Part shown: piece by piece, positions 6,402 through 15,369 of the stretch
Layout of the letters: each line of letters begins with the position of its first letter
How positions within the stretch are numbered: the first letter of the stretch is position 1
IMG/VR virus record: IMGVR_UViG_3300028840_001107
Length of the DNA: 64,000 bases
Direction: 5' to 3' (one strand)
Origin: a virus
The notes under the pieces: model-generated
Database searches by the model: none
Seen by the model: only the letters and a program-made list of their open reading frames with translations
What the model was told of the DNA's origin: nothing
Program-made: the position numbers and the translations under genes

Positions 6402-8435
6402 ATGAAGAAGAAAGAAATCAAAGAGGGTGGTCGGTATATCGCAACGGTAAGCGGTAAGCGTACTATCGTCAAAGTCGAGTCGATAGTCAAACGGGAAAAG
6501 ACTAAGTATCGAAAGGGCGGTACTACCTACCTTTGTATCAACGAAGGTACTGGACGAGAAGTCGTCTTCAAGTCGGCTATGAAGTTCCAACGAGAAGCTC
6601 TAGACGGCGAACCCAAACCCGGCAGAAGTAAGAAGGACAAGCCCAGTAAACCGCCCATCGGTAGTAAGAGTATCCTCCAGGATAAGCTGGCGTCGAGGAA
6701 CGGCGGTAGTCATCTTATCGTCGAAGCGTTAGCCGGCACCGGTAAGACCTTCACGATGATCGTCGGAGTCGTTTGGTCGTTAGCCTATAGCCTCTGGCCG
6801 TCTCTGATGGACCGGATGCGAGAAGAGACGGGCAACCCTAACCTCGACATCGTACCTAGCGACCAGCAGCAGGCCGTCTGGGACTTCATGCGGAAGTTAG
6901 AAGGAAAGGTTACCAACGTCGTCTACTGCGCGTTTAACCGCTCTATCGTTTCGGACTTCGCTACCAAGTGGGGTTTCGTTCCGGACCTTCTCTCTACCGT
7001 AGGCATCTACCTCAAGTTCTCTACCGTTAACTCTCTAGGTAACCAAGCGTGCGCGAGAGTCTACGGACGTAAGCCACCTAGAGGCTATCATACGGAGAAC
7101 ATTTTAGCAGAGTATTGGAAGACCGATATTCGAGAGCTCAAGCGTAAAGACTTGGTAACCGTTACGGCTATCTGCCGGCTAGTCGATCTTTGTAAGCTAA
7201 CGATGACGGGTTGGACCGAAGAGAATGGTTTTGACGCCTCCACCGTAGACTTCGATGCGTTAGATGCTCTCACCTCCCACTTCGACATCGATCTAAACGG
7301 CAACCGCGATAAAGTCTACGAAACGGTCCCCACTATCTTGGAGCTGTCGAGAGACGTTAAGCGTTGGAACGAGATAGATTTCAACGACCAGAACTGGTTA
7401 CCTATCGTTAACAATCTTCCGATACCCAAGTGCGATCTTATTATGGTCGACGAAGGTCAAGACTTACCGCGTTGTAAGCAGGAGTTTGTACGTCGTGCCG
7501 GTCGTAACGTTATCGTCGTAGGAGACGTTAACCAAGCCATCTACGGTTTCGCCGGAGCAGACGTCGAATCTATCCCGCGTATGCGAACGCTCCTCAGCGA
7601 GTCAGTAGAAACGATGTACCTTACGGAGACTCGACGGTGCGGCAAAGCTATCGTCAAAGAAGCTAACGACGTTCTAGCTAGGTTAGCCGAAGACGGTAGC
7701 CAACCAATCTTCGTAGCCCACGAGTCTAATCCTGAAGGAGACGTAGGACTCGCCAAGAAAGATAAGCTGCTCGACTTAGCCGAAGACGGCGACATGGTTC
7801 TTAGTCGCGTCAACGCTCCTCTCGTCTCCCACGCTCTCCGCTTTCTTAAGGGCGGTACGAAAGTCGTCATTCGCGGTAGAGAGTTTGGTACGGAGATTAT
7901 CAATTTCATTAAACGTCTCAAGCCTACCGACATCGGAGACCTTTTGGAGAAAGTCGATAGTTGGTTCGACAAGGAAGCCCAGAAGGAGTCGAAGAAGAAG
8001 AACCCATCCGAAGCGAAACTCATCGGCCTGGAGGATAGGGTTAACTGTATCCAAGCGTTCGCAGACTCCGCGAAGAGTATTGACGAGATACTAGAAAACA
8101 TCTCCAAAGTCTTCGCCGGTAAACGCTGCCCTATCTGCGGACGTACCTACGACGAGTCTACGGAGCGATGCTATAACCGCGACTGTAAGACGGAGACTGA
8201 CCCTCTTAGCGGTTACCCTTGCGGACCTCGACTCGTTACGCCTAAAGGTATTCTCTTTAGTTCCGTCCATCGGGCTAAAGGCTTGGAGGCGGATAACGTC
8301 TTCTTACTTGCGTGCGATGGTTCGATGTTCCCTCACCCGATGGCTAGTAGCAAGTGGCAAGTTCTTCAGGAGTGGAACCTCAAGTACGTAGCCGTCACTA
8401 GAGCTATCCAACGTCTCACCTACGTCGTAGAGTAA
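6402..8435 (+). CDS. SF1 DNA helicase (UvrD/RecD-like) with inserted zinc ribbon
   Basis: Motif I EALAGTGKTF, II IMVDEGQDL, III VVGDVNQAIYGFAGAD, IV-like TETRRCG, V/VI SSVHRAKGLEADNVFLL and YVAVTRA. CPICGRTYDESTERCYNRDC insertion. Confidence 0.85.
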   Translation: MKKKEIKEGGRYIATVSGKRTIVKVESIVKREKTKYRKGGTTYLCINEGTGREVVFKSAMKFQREALDGEPKPGRSKKDKPSKPPIGSKSILQDKLASRNGGSHLIVEALAGTGKTFTMIVGVVWSLAYSLWPSLMDRMREETGNPNLDIVPSDQQQAVWDFMRKLEGKVTNVVYCAFNRSIVSDFATKWGFVPDLLSTVGIYLKFSTVNSLGNQACARVYGRKPPRGYHTENILAEYWKTDIRELKRKDLVTVTAICRLVDLCKLTMTGWTEENGFDASTVDFDALDALTSHFDIDLNGNRDKVYETVPTILELSRDVKRWNEIDFNDQNWLPIVNNLPIPKCDLIMVDEGQDLPRCKQEFVRRAGRNVIVVGDVNQAIYGFAGADVESIPRMRTLLSESVETMYLTETRRCGKAIVKEANDVLARLAEDGSQPIFVAHESNPEGDVGLAKKDKLLDLAEDGDMVLSRVNAPLVSHALRFLKGGTKVVIRGREFGTEIINFIKRLKPTDIGDLLEKVDSWFDKEAQKESKKKNPSEAKLIGLEDRVNCIQAFADSAKSIDEILENISKVFAGKRCPICGRTYDESTERCYNRDCKTETDPLSGYPCGPRLVTPKGILFSSVHRAKGLEADNVFLLACDGSMFPHPMASSKWQVLQEWNLKYVAVTRAIQRLTYVVE

Positions 8436-8510
8436 CGACGTTTGTAGTTTGAACCGTCGACTACGTTGTCGGCGGTTAGAGTTTGTTCAAGTTCGATAGG
8501 AGAATTAGAA

Positions 8511-8831
8511 ATGGCGAAGCGAAACGTAAACCAGTTGAAGGACGCAGAGAAGTACGCCGTGATTCGAATCTTGGCGCAGAACGATGGTAAGGAGTTCGAA
8601 AGTGTCGAGTCTCTTCTTAAGTACCTCCAAGTCAAAACCCAAGTAACGGTAACCCGATACAACCTCCAAGCGATGCTGAGAAACGCCGGTATCAAGATCA
8701 AGTTCCGGCATGAGGATGAGGTTAAGAAGAAGTCACCGATGGCTACTCTCTTCAAACGAGTCGACAGCCTCACCGAAGAAGTCGAAGAACTCAAACGTCG
8801 GGTAGATACTATCACCAACCTTCTCAAGTAG
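8511..8831 (+). CDS. Hypothetical protein (106 aa, C-terminal coiled coil)
   Basis: Track ORF is 8466..8831. The ATG at 8511 is preceded by TAGGAGAATTAGAA. Confidence 0.5.
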   Translation: MAKRNVNQLKDAEKYAVIRILAQNDGKEFESVESLLKYLQVKTQVTVTRYNLQAMLRNAGIKIKFRHEDEVKKKSPMATLFKRVDSLTEEVEELKRRVDTITNLLK

Positions 8832-8844
8832 AACGGAGTCTGGT

Positions 8845-9054
8845 ATGTATTACGTAGTCGTAGACGGTAACCGAAGTTGTAGTCATCGACATCGAACGTT
8901 AGACGCTGCGTTGAGTTGCCTCCAACGTAGTAACCGCTCTGGACCGTTCGCTCGTATCGAACGGATTGAAGGTGGTAAAAGGTTTCTACTCAATCGCGAA
9001 GAAGCTACCACGCTAATCGGTCTCCGGACGGCGAAGAAACCGAAAGTAAAGTAG
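8845..9054 (+). CDS. Hypothetical protein (69 aa)
   Basis: ORF track. Last gene of the plus-strand block. Confidence 0.55.
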   Translation: MYYVVVDGNRSCSHRHRTLDAALSCLQRSNRSGPFARIERIEGGKRFLLNREEATTLIGLRTAKKPKVK

Positions 9055-9355
9055 CGAACTAGACTTTATACCCCTCTAATAGGGGTAGAAGGTCGAGAAG
9101 CTCTGTATTCGCCGTGTAAGCAGCGTTCTCCGCCTAAGTCTATCGAATCGTCGGTAGAATCTAGGCGTGAGTACGCTCGATGTAGGTAGCTTGTACGCGG
9201 GATTTTCGGGGTTATCCGGACGTCCCGAAGCTACCGCCGTAGTCTAACGCCCGTATTCGCCGTCTAAGCTCTCCGAAGCCTAGACGAGTCGATAGCCGTA
9301 CGCGAACGCGAACGCTACGTACGCGGACGAACGAGAGACGACAGACGTGGTTTAA

Positions 9356-9411
9356 GCCCTAGCCAGTACCGTGAGAGGAGCGGCATTCTCTCGACGGATA
9401 CCGGCTAGGGC
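9356..9411. terminator. Long hairpin at the convergence point of plus and minus transcription (bidirectional terminator candidate)
   Basis: GCCCTAGCC (9356-9364) pairs with GGCTAGGGC (9403-9411), with an inner GAGAG/CTCTC stem. Followed by ATTTTT on the plus strand. Overlaps the stop codon (9405-9407) of the minus-strand glycosyltransferase gene. Confidence 0.6.
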
Positions 9412-10301
9412 ATTTTTCGTTGGATCGCTGCGAGTAACGTCTCGACTCTCCGCGTATACGTGAACTCTCCGCAGCGTTCGAAACCGGCTTGGCGTACTCG
9501 TTCGCGTTCGCTTTCTTTAGGTAGCCATTCAGTTATCTTCTCTAGCATCTCATCGAAGTTGTACTGCTCGAAACCGATGTAGTGTTTACCTTCTTCGAAC
9601 TCCGCTTCCAATCCCGGAGTACGGGGATAGAGTAGGAACGCCCCACGACCTAGCATCTCATAGATTCTATTAGACCAATAATTGGGTGAAGGGTAGGAGT
9701 CTCCAACTACGATCTTCACGCGGGACATCCAGCGATTCAAATTCATACCGCGTTTAGTTCGTATATGAAGAAACTTGTAATCGTAGACTTCGTTAAGAGC
9801 CTCTACTAGTAGCTTTCGATTGGGATGGCTATACGGAGTAAGCGAACCCACAAACGCTACGTCGTGAGTATATCCCCCAGACTTAACGATGTGATGTTCT
9901 GGTCCGTGGATACCTTGACGTAGTAAGCGGTGGTGCGCTAGTCCGTTAGACTCCCAAGCATCTTCGTTACCTCCATCGGTAGTAAAGAGTATATCCGAAT
10001 GAAACTGCGGAAAGACTTTGTTACGTAAGCCCCAAACTAAATCCCACATCCAACAAGCAGTTACGATTCCTGACGCTCTGAGCTTTGAGATAAGCTCAGC
10101 ATAGTAGGGGTGGAACGCTTTGGAGAATAGAACTACGTCTGGTCGATAGTGCCTGACTTGGCTTAAGTCGTTTTCTATGGATGGGTCTCTATTAGTAAAC
10201 TGGATAGGGATAACCTCTACCCCGTGTTGTTGTAAAGCATAACGTACCCAGTTTTCTGTTCGCCAAGCTTCAATGAACTTACCGAAGTATAAAATCCTCA
10301 C
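9405..10301 (-). CDS. Glycosyltransferase, CgeB-like (GT-B C-terminal type)
   Basis: MRILYFGKF start and C-terminal LLYPRTPGLEAEFEEGKHYIGFEQYNFDEMLEKITEWLPKESERERVRQAGFERC resemble the CgeB/Glyco_trans_1_2 family. Recollection-level match. Confidence 0.55.
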   Translation of the reverse strand: MRILYFGKFIEAWRTENWVRYALQQHGVEVIPIQFTNRDPSIENDLSQVRHYRPDVVLFSKAFHPYYAELISKLRASGIVTACWMWDLVWGLRNKVFPQFHSDILFTTDGGNEDAWESNGLAHHRLLRQGIHGPEHHIVKSGGYTHDVAFVGSLTPYSHPNRKLLVEALNEVYDYKFLHIRTKRGMNLNRWMSRVKIVVGDSYPSPNYWSNRIYEMLGRGAFLLYPRTPGLEAEFEEGKHYIGFEQYNFDEMLEKITEWLPKESERERVRQAGFERCGEFTYTRRVETLLAAIQRKMP

Positions 10302-10306
10302 AGCGT

Positions 10307-12049
10307 CTACCTCATCTTGATAACTAATGGATCGGGATTCTTACCGGTACGTACCAGTTCGGTAAACGCAGCTGCTCTATCTTTCCACTGCTCCGCCCTA
10401 GCCCACTCCCAAGCTCTACGACTCTCCGCCGTTAGGTCGGTTTTGTAGATCGACTTACAGGCTTCTACTATCGACTCTGGATCGCACTCTACCCAAGGCA
10501 TCGTACGTCCTACTTTTTGATACTTGAGACGATACTTAAGACGACGTATCGCAGGTATCTCATTCCATGGAGGAGCGTCAGGAGTTATTACCGGCATCCC
10601 GCTAGCCATCGCTTCACTAATCTCTAGCCCGATACCGTCTACGGTATGCGGAGCTAGTAGGACGTCACCTAGGTCGTAGAGGTCGGTTTCTAGTTCTGTA
10701 CGTTTGTTGTGGTAGATAACATCGTCCGTCCACTTGATGGGAATCTGAGAGCGGATTACTAAAGGCATCTCCGGCCATAGCTCTTTAGCTTGGCGTACGA
10801 ACTCTGATCCCTTACGACCTTTCCACCCGCCTAGTCCGTTGATGAATAGAAACTTTTCGCATCGTGGTCTTATCCTGAAGGAGAATCTACCAGTGTCTAC
10901 CGGCCAAGGAAAGTAGGAGCAGGGTAGGGTATCTTTGAGAAGGTTATAGCACTGCTCCGTAGGACAGATAAATTGGTCTACATATTTAGTCCAAGCCTTA
11001 TGAACGTTTTCGGGTAGCCACTCGACCATAGGGACGCATACGATACGCTTGTTTCGCTCCTGAGCTAGTTCTAAGAGTTGAGGGTAGTAGGGAACTTCGA
11101 AGAACAGTAGGACGTCTATGCGGTCTAGAAACTCTACAATCTTCTGCTTGTCGTTACCTCTACAAACGAAGGAGTCGACGTCTGGGTGTAGGGGCTTGGT
11201 CACTAGGTTGCGGTGAGGCTTAACCAACCAAGTGTCTATCTCTGCGTAGGTAGCCGTTTGGTAGTTAAGCATACCCAGCCCGCTAGCGCAGTTATAGCCG
11301 ACTAGTCCGATGCGATAGTTCTTAGGATCTACGCTCCGCTTCGGAGCTTTACTAACTAGCGTCATCGCGTCGAAGTCTTCTCCAGGAAAGGTATTGGCTT
11401 TCTGCTGAACGCTGTTCCCTATCGCTGAGACTTCTCCCGTATGCTGTAGGAGAGACGGAGTATGAACTAGCTCTACGCCGTTAGCTTTACGCATCGAGGT
11501 TACAACCGCACCGTCTATAGAACGATCATCGTTCTTACGACCACGTGGACGATTAGTCATATGCTCTGCGGCTAGCATCATTCGGAGAGAACGGTTAGAG
11601 AATACGAGACCGACGGCACCCTTTCCCATCTGGTCCGAACGATGCCAACCGTTAGTAGGTCGAACGTTATGAGGAAACGTGTAGAGGTTCCAGTATTCGT
11701 TTTTGCCTAGCTCGCATGTTTCGAGGTACTGGCGCATGTTTTGTACGCAAACCAAGTCGTCTTGGAATATAGCGTAGCGGTCTGCCTTCGGGAAACGCAG
11801 GAGTAGTTCCCACGCGGCGAGAATGAAATTCCCAAAGGCTCCAATCTTTGCTTGTCTCTGGACTACGTGGATAGATGGGCTGATATTCTTCAGCAATCCG
11901 GTTTCTCCGTTTCCATCGACGAAGACTACATCGCATTTGAAACCCCCATTAGATAGAGACTCTATCGTGCGGTTTAACAACTCATCGTTGATCCGTTTCG
12001 GTACTGTCGTTATTCCCACCGCCCACCTTACTTGCCGCTCGTCTCGCAT
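10307..12049 (-). CDS. Two-domain glycosyltransferase (N-terminal GT-A-like, C-terminal GT1/GT-B-like)
   Basis: N-terminal WAVGITTVPKR...VVFVDG...YAIFQDD (DxD-type motif). C-terminal GIGLEISEAMASGMPVITPD is the canonical GT1 E-x7-E region. Confidence 0.7.
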   Translation of the reverse strand: MRDERQVRWAVGITTVPKRINDELLNRTIESLSNGGFKCDVVFVDGNGETGLLKNISPSIHVVQRQAKIGAFGNFILAAWELLLRFPKADRYAIFQDDLVCVQNMRQYLETCELGKNEYWNLYTFPHNVRPTNGWHRSDQMGKGAVGLVFSNRSLRMMLAAEHMTNRPRGRKNDDRSIDGAVVTSMRKANGVELVHTPSLLQHTGEVSAIGNSVQQKANTFPGEDFDAMTLVSKAPKRSVDPKNYRIGLVGYNCASGLGMLNYQTATYAEIDTWLVKPHRNLVTKPLHPDVDSFVCRGNDKQKIVEFLDRIDVLLFFEVPYYPQLLELAQERNKRIVCVPMVEWLPENVHKAWTKYVDQFICPTEQCYNLLKDTLPCSYFPWPVDTGRFSFRIRPRCEKFLFINGLGGWKGRKGSEFVRQAKELWPEMPLVIRSQIPIKWTDDVIYHNKRTELETDLYDLGDVLLAPHTVDGIGLEISEAMASGMPVITPDAPPWNEIPAIRRLKYRLKYQKVGRTMPWVECDPESIVEACKSIYKTDLTAESRRAWEWARAEQWKDRAAAFTELVRTGKNPDPLVIKMR

Positions 12050-12467
12050 TACTAATAGCCCTTCTGATCAAAAGTTTTGCCGCGAAACCCCAATAGGGTA
12101 AGTCCTGAGCTTTGGCTTCTTCTCTTAACCAATTCTCGATCTTGTCTAGATTCTTCTCACAACCGTCTGGCCCCCAAACGTTCATTAGATGAATACGCGA
12201 TTTACACTTACACTTCTTCGTAGGGTTGATGCCTAGCTTTCCTAGGAGTGAATGTAGAAAGTCTCCTGGACCTGGCGTCTTAGTTTTCTTTACTACGTCT
12301 TGAGCTTTAACTAGATTCTGCCCTGGTCCTACTCCGGTTTCCCAAGCTTCAAAGTATACCTTATTGGTTTGACAAAGTTTTACCCAACGTGGGCCCTTAT
12401 ACATTCGGTGGCGGGGACACCAAATACTTTTACCGGTAGGATCGGGTTTACATTCGCAAGGGTTCAT
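11982..12467 (-). CDS. Hypothetical Cys-rich protein (161 aa)
   Basis: ORF track. CECKPD...CPRH and KCKCKSR motifs. 3' end overlaps the glycosyltransferase start by 68 nt. Confidence 0.5.
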   Translation of the reverse strand: MNPCECKPDPTGKSIWCPRHRMYKGPRWVKLCQTNKVYFEAWETGVGPGQNLVKAQDVVKKTKTPGPGDFLHSLLGKLGINPTKKCKCKSRIHLMNVWGPDGCEKNLDKIENWLREEAKAQDLPYWGFAAKLLIRRAISNARRAASKVGGGNNDSTETDQR

Positions 12468-13069
12468 TGAGTTATCGTTACAAATAGAGGGCAGGAGTAG
12501 TCATCGTAGTAGAGGCAGTTGTTAGGGTCGGTGTCTTGATCTTCTCGAAAGCAAGGACCTATGTCTGCCTGGACTGTTGTGGGACCCACGTATAGCGTCT
12601 TAGAGAACTCGATAGTAAACGGATCACAGTCGGCACTTATAAAATCCCACTCCCAATCGGTTGGTGCTACCGCCATGTCAGGTAGTTCTAAGCAACTACG
12701 ATCATCGTACTGTCCATGGTAGGGCCACCAACTAAGTTTCCATAGGGCATCGTTTTCGTAGTCGCATCTAAAGAACCATTGGATGTAGTGGTAGGTTGCT
12801 CCGGTCTCCGGCCCTGCCGCGCAGGGTAGGTAGTAAAGCTCTACTAAATCAGAGCTCCAGTAAACCATCGAACGGTAGACTTGGTTTATCGTATATTCCT
12901 GAGACCAAGGTAGTTGTTCGCAGCAGGGTAGCTCTGAACCCGTACCTGGATCAATCCCCTGAGTTAGAGTTAAAGTTAAGTCTCCGGTGAGACACTCTAC
13001 TAGGGTAGTTCCTTTACCAGAAGACTTACCGGAGATAGGAGCGTCAGAGATAGGGAATCTAGAAACCAT
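12464..13069 (-). CDS. Hypothetical distal tail/baseplate protein (201 aa)
   Basis: Position downstream of TMP. ATGA-type overlaps on both sides. LPCCEQLPW motif. Confidence 0.5.
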   Translation of the reverse strand: MVSRFPISDAPISGKSSGKGTTLVECLTGDLTLTLTQGIDPGTGSELPCCEQLPWSQEYTINQVYRSMVYWSSDLVELYYLPCAAGPETGATYHYIQWFFRCDYENDALWKLSWWPYHGQYDDRSCLELPDMAVAPTDWEWDFISADCDPFTIEFSKTLYVGPTTVQADIGPCFREDQDTDPNNCLYYDDYSCPLFVTITQ

Positions 13070-13761
13070 TACTCAAGAGCCTCACAGAAACAACCGGCCC
13101 ACGGACAAAGCGGATCATGGACCTCATGGTCGGACCACCAGAGAGTATCGAGGTAGATAGGATTAGTGCCGGCGTTAACGATCATAACCTGAGTAGATGC
13201 TTCTTTAGGGGGATCATAGCAACGCCAGAGTTCGTAGTGGTATCCGGTAGGGGTTGGTCCTTCGTTTATTCGAAAGGTGGTACGGTCGTATGAGATAGTT
13301 ACTCGTTTTGTACTGTCTTCGGCTACCGGCATCTGGTTAGTATTACAATCCGGTATTAGCTCTACGTTGTCTGGGTACCATCCTTGCTTTAGATCCCAAA
13401 GAGACGCTATCCAAAAGTCGGTACCAGAACCTACGGCAGGACTAGCAGCGAATGAAGCTTTTAGTGCCGGAACGGAAGGACTCTCGTGATAGAACCAGAA
13501 TTCAATCCAGTTACCTAACTTGATCTCAGCAAAGTAAATATCTAGATAGAACGCTCCTTGCTTATCGTCCAAGACGGTGTTAACTAGAACCGCTCCTTTA
13601 GTAATCTTCAAGCGGTGGTCTACTATCTCTGCGATAGTATCGTCTTGTTCGGTATAGTCCGGACCTAGCTCTGACGTGTACGTACCCGTACCGCTGCGAG
13701 TAAACTCGTCTTGGAAAATAATACACTCGGAACAACAACACCACCAACCGCTTCCAGCCAT
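13069..13761 (-). CDS. Hypothetical distal tail protein (230 aa from MAGSGWWCCCSEC)
   Basis: Track ORF is 13069..13809. The ATG at 13761 overlaps the upstream stop (TAATG), favouring the shorter form. Confidence 0.5.
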   Translation of the reverse strand: MAGSGWWCCCSECIIFQDEFTRSGTGTYTSELGPDYTEQDDTIAEIVDHRLKITKGAVLVNTVLDDKQGAFYLDIYFAEIKLGNWIEFWFYHESPSVPALKASFAASPAVGSGTDFWIASLWDLKQGWYPDNVELIPDCNTNQMPVAEDSTKRVTISYDRTTFRINEGPTPTGYHYELWRCYDPPKEASTQVMIVNAGTNPIYLDTLWWSDHEVHDPLCPWAGCFCEALE

Positions 13762-14408
13762 TAGGGACACTCCGGCAAGATACAGATCCACTCTTCTTCT
13801 TGATGCCAAAACGCCGTACCTCTATCACCTTCGTCGGCGTAGAATTCATACGTATCACTTGAGCCGTCGTGACGAAGAAGGTTGTAAACTTTAATAGAGA
13901 TACCGCTAGTTCCTGAGCCCGTACCCGTACCACCTTCGGTATGAGCTGTTCCAGGACCGTATTGAACTTCTATAGTAGCCCACCACCACTCATCTTCCTG
14001 GGTAAAATCTTCTTCAGCGATCCACCTACAGAACTTCTTCATCCGGGTCGATTCTTCAGAGGGTACGCCCGAAGCTATCCAAGGTCCGCCCTTTGTCCTT
14101 AGTACTGGAACGTAGCCCTCTTCAATCTCGTCTTCGCTAACGTTGAATATCTCTCGTTCGATACCTACTTCAGTGATGCTAGGAGTAAGTGGATCTATTC
14201 GATAGATGTCGCAGACAGCAGAGCCAGGGGTTGTATCTGAGAGAGCTTGGATACCTTCAGAAGTTACCTTGGCGATGTAGATGTCGTTCGCAGTCTGGCT
14301 CTTATCTAGCCACCGCTTCTTTTGGAGGCTATTCATATTACGATACATATGTACTATCCGTCTTAGTACATCTACATCGCTTTCAGAAAGAGTATAAAGA
14401 GCGGTCAT
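13761..14408 (-). CDS. Hypothetical distal tail protein (215 aa)
   Basis: ORF track. GGTGTGSGTSG motif. In the tail operon. Confidence 0.5.
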   Translation of the reverse strand: MTALYTLSESDVDVLRRIVHMYRNMNSLQKKRWLDKSQTANDIYIAKVTSEGIQALSDTTPGSAVCDIYRIDPLTPSITEVGIEREIFNVSEDEIEEGYVPVLRTKGGPWIASGVPSEESTRMKKFCRWIAEEDFTQEDEWWWATIEVQYGPGTAHTEGGTGTGSGTSGISIKVYNLLRHDGSSDTYEFYADEGDRGTAFWHQEEEWICILPECP

Positions 14409-14415
14409 GGTTTAC

Positions 14416-14946
14416 CTATTTAGGTATAAGAGTCAAACGAAACTTAGCTTGTTGGTATCTACATCGGATGATTAGTTTGTCGGCGTACTCCGTATGAGCT
14501 ACGAACGAACGTTTGGGGAAGATAGGCCACGGCGTTTCTTCTTGACCGAGGTGGGTAAGTTCTATGATCCGAGAGTTGATATGCTCTAGTTCCGCGTTCG
14601 AAGGATTTACTTGGTGGCGTCTACCCTCTAGATTTTGGATGACTATCATACCTACTTCGTGAGGTTCTAACCAACCGAAGTCTAGACTAACCCAATCGGT
14701 AGTAGCTAACTGACTTCGTGAGTAGGTTTCCTGAGGAGTAGTAAGTTCTGTAGTATACGAGTCCTGGACTGTACGCGGTTGTTCTCCTTCTAGTTGGTGA
14801 TGTACCGTATGGACTACGGTTAGTAGATTACGTTCCGGTTGGGTAGAGTTAAGAGGCTGGACTGGTTTACCTTTGTAGATAATCTCGTTATCTCTGCCGG
14901 TAATTGATCCTCTCTCTTCACTACCTTCGAATATCGTGCCGCTCAT
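14416..14946 (-). CDS. Hypothetical distal tail protein (176 aa)
   Basis: ORF track. Overlaps the upstream gene by 4 nt. Confidence 0.5.
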   Translation of the reverse strand: MSGTIFEGSEERGSITGRDNEIIYKGKPVQPLNSTQPERNLLTVVHTVHHQLEGEQPRTVQDSYTTELTTPQETYSRSQLATTDWVSLDFGWLEPHEVGMIVIQNLEGRRHQVNPSNAELEHINSRIIELTHLGQEETPWPIFPKRSFVAHTEYADKLIIRCRYQQAKFRLTLIPK

Positions 14947-15359
14947 CTTTCGAAAGCTCCTACGTAAACTTTACATGCCGCTGTATCCGCTTTAACGCGG
15001 AGAGTAACGCCGGTATCGGTCGTGCCTGTTCCCGTACCGAATTGGCTTCCTAGGTTTCGAGAGAGCTTGATAGTATAGAACTCTCCTGGGCCTACTTCTA
15101 AGAGCGGATGGAAACCGCCGTCGTCGTAGACTCCTACCTCAACGAAGTTTGTTGCGTCGTAGTTCTTTACTTCGCAGAAACCCGGTGTAGTTATCTCGGA
15201 CATATCTACGTCCGTACCGGCTACCGTAGCTAGGAAAGCTCCAGGGGTGGGGCCTAGCTCTCCGGTGACGTCGGCGTTAAACGCCGTAGGGTACGAACGA
15301 TGCTCGATGTTAGTCGTGGTTATTTGTAGACTACTGCGAATCTGCGCTTCGTTAGCCAT
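14943..15359 (-). CDS. Hypothetical tail protein (138 aa)
   Basis: ORF track. FGTGTGTTDTG motif. Beta-rich composition. Confidence 0.5.
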   Translation of the reverse strand: MANEAQIRSSLQITTTNIEHRSYPTAFNADVTGELGPTPGAFLATVAGTDVDMSEITTPGFCEVKNYDATNFVEVGVYDDGGFHPLLEVGPGEFYTIKLSRNLGSQFGTGTGTTDTGVTLRVKADTAACKVYVGAFER

Positions 15360-15369
15360 TGTATGTTCC

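Noticed and set aside
7541-8107. 188 aa minus-strand ORF, and others (7088-7303, 7776-8054, 7885-8094), within the helicase gene
   Set aside because: The helicase frame carries all the SF1 motifs. The alternatives are Ser/Arg-rich shadows.
11667-12101. Alternative ORFs (11667-11936 minus, 11823-12101 plus) over the 5' part of the glycosyltransferase gene
   Set aside because: They overlap the GT-A-like domain frame, which carries the DxD-type motif. They have an Arg/Pro-rich shadow composition.
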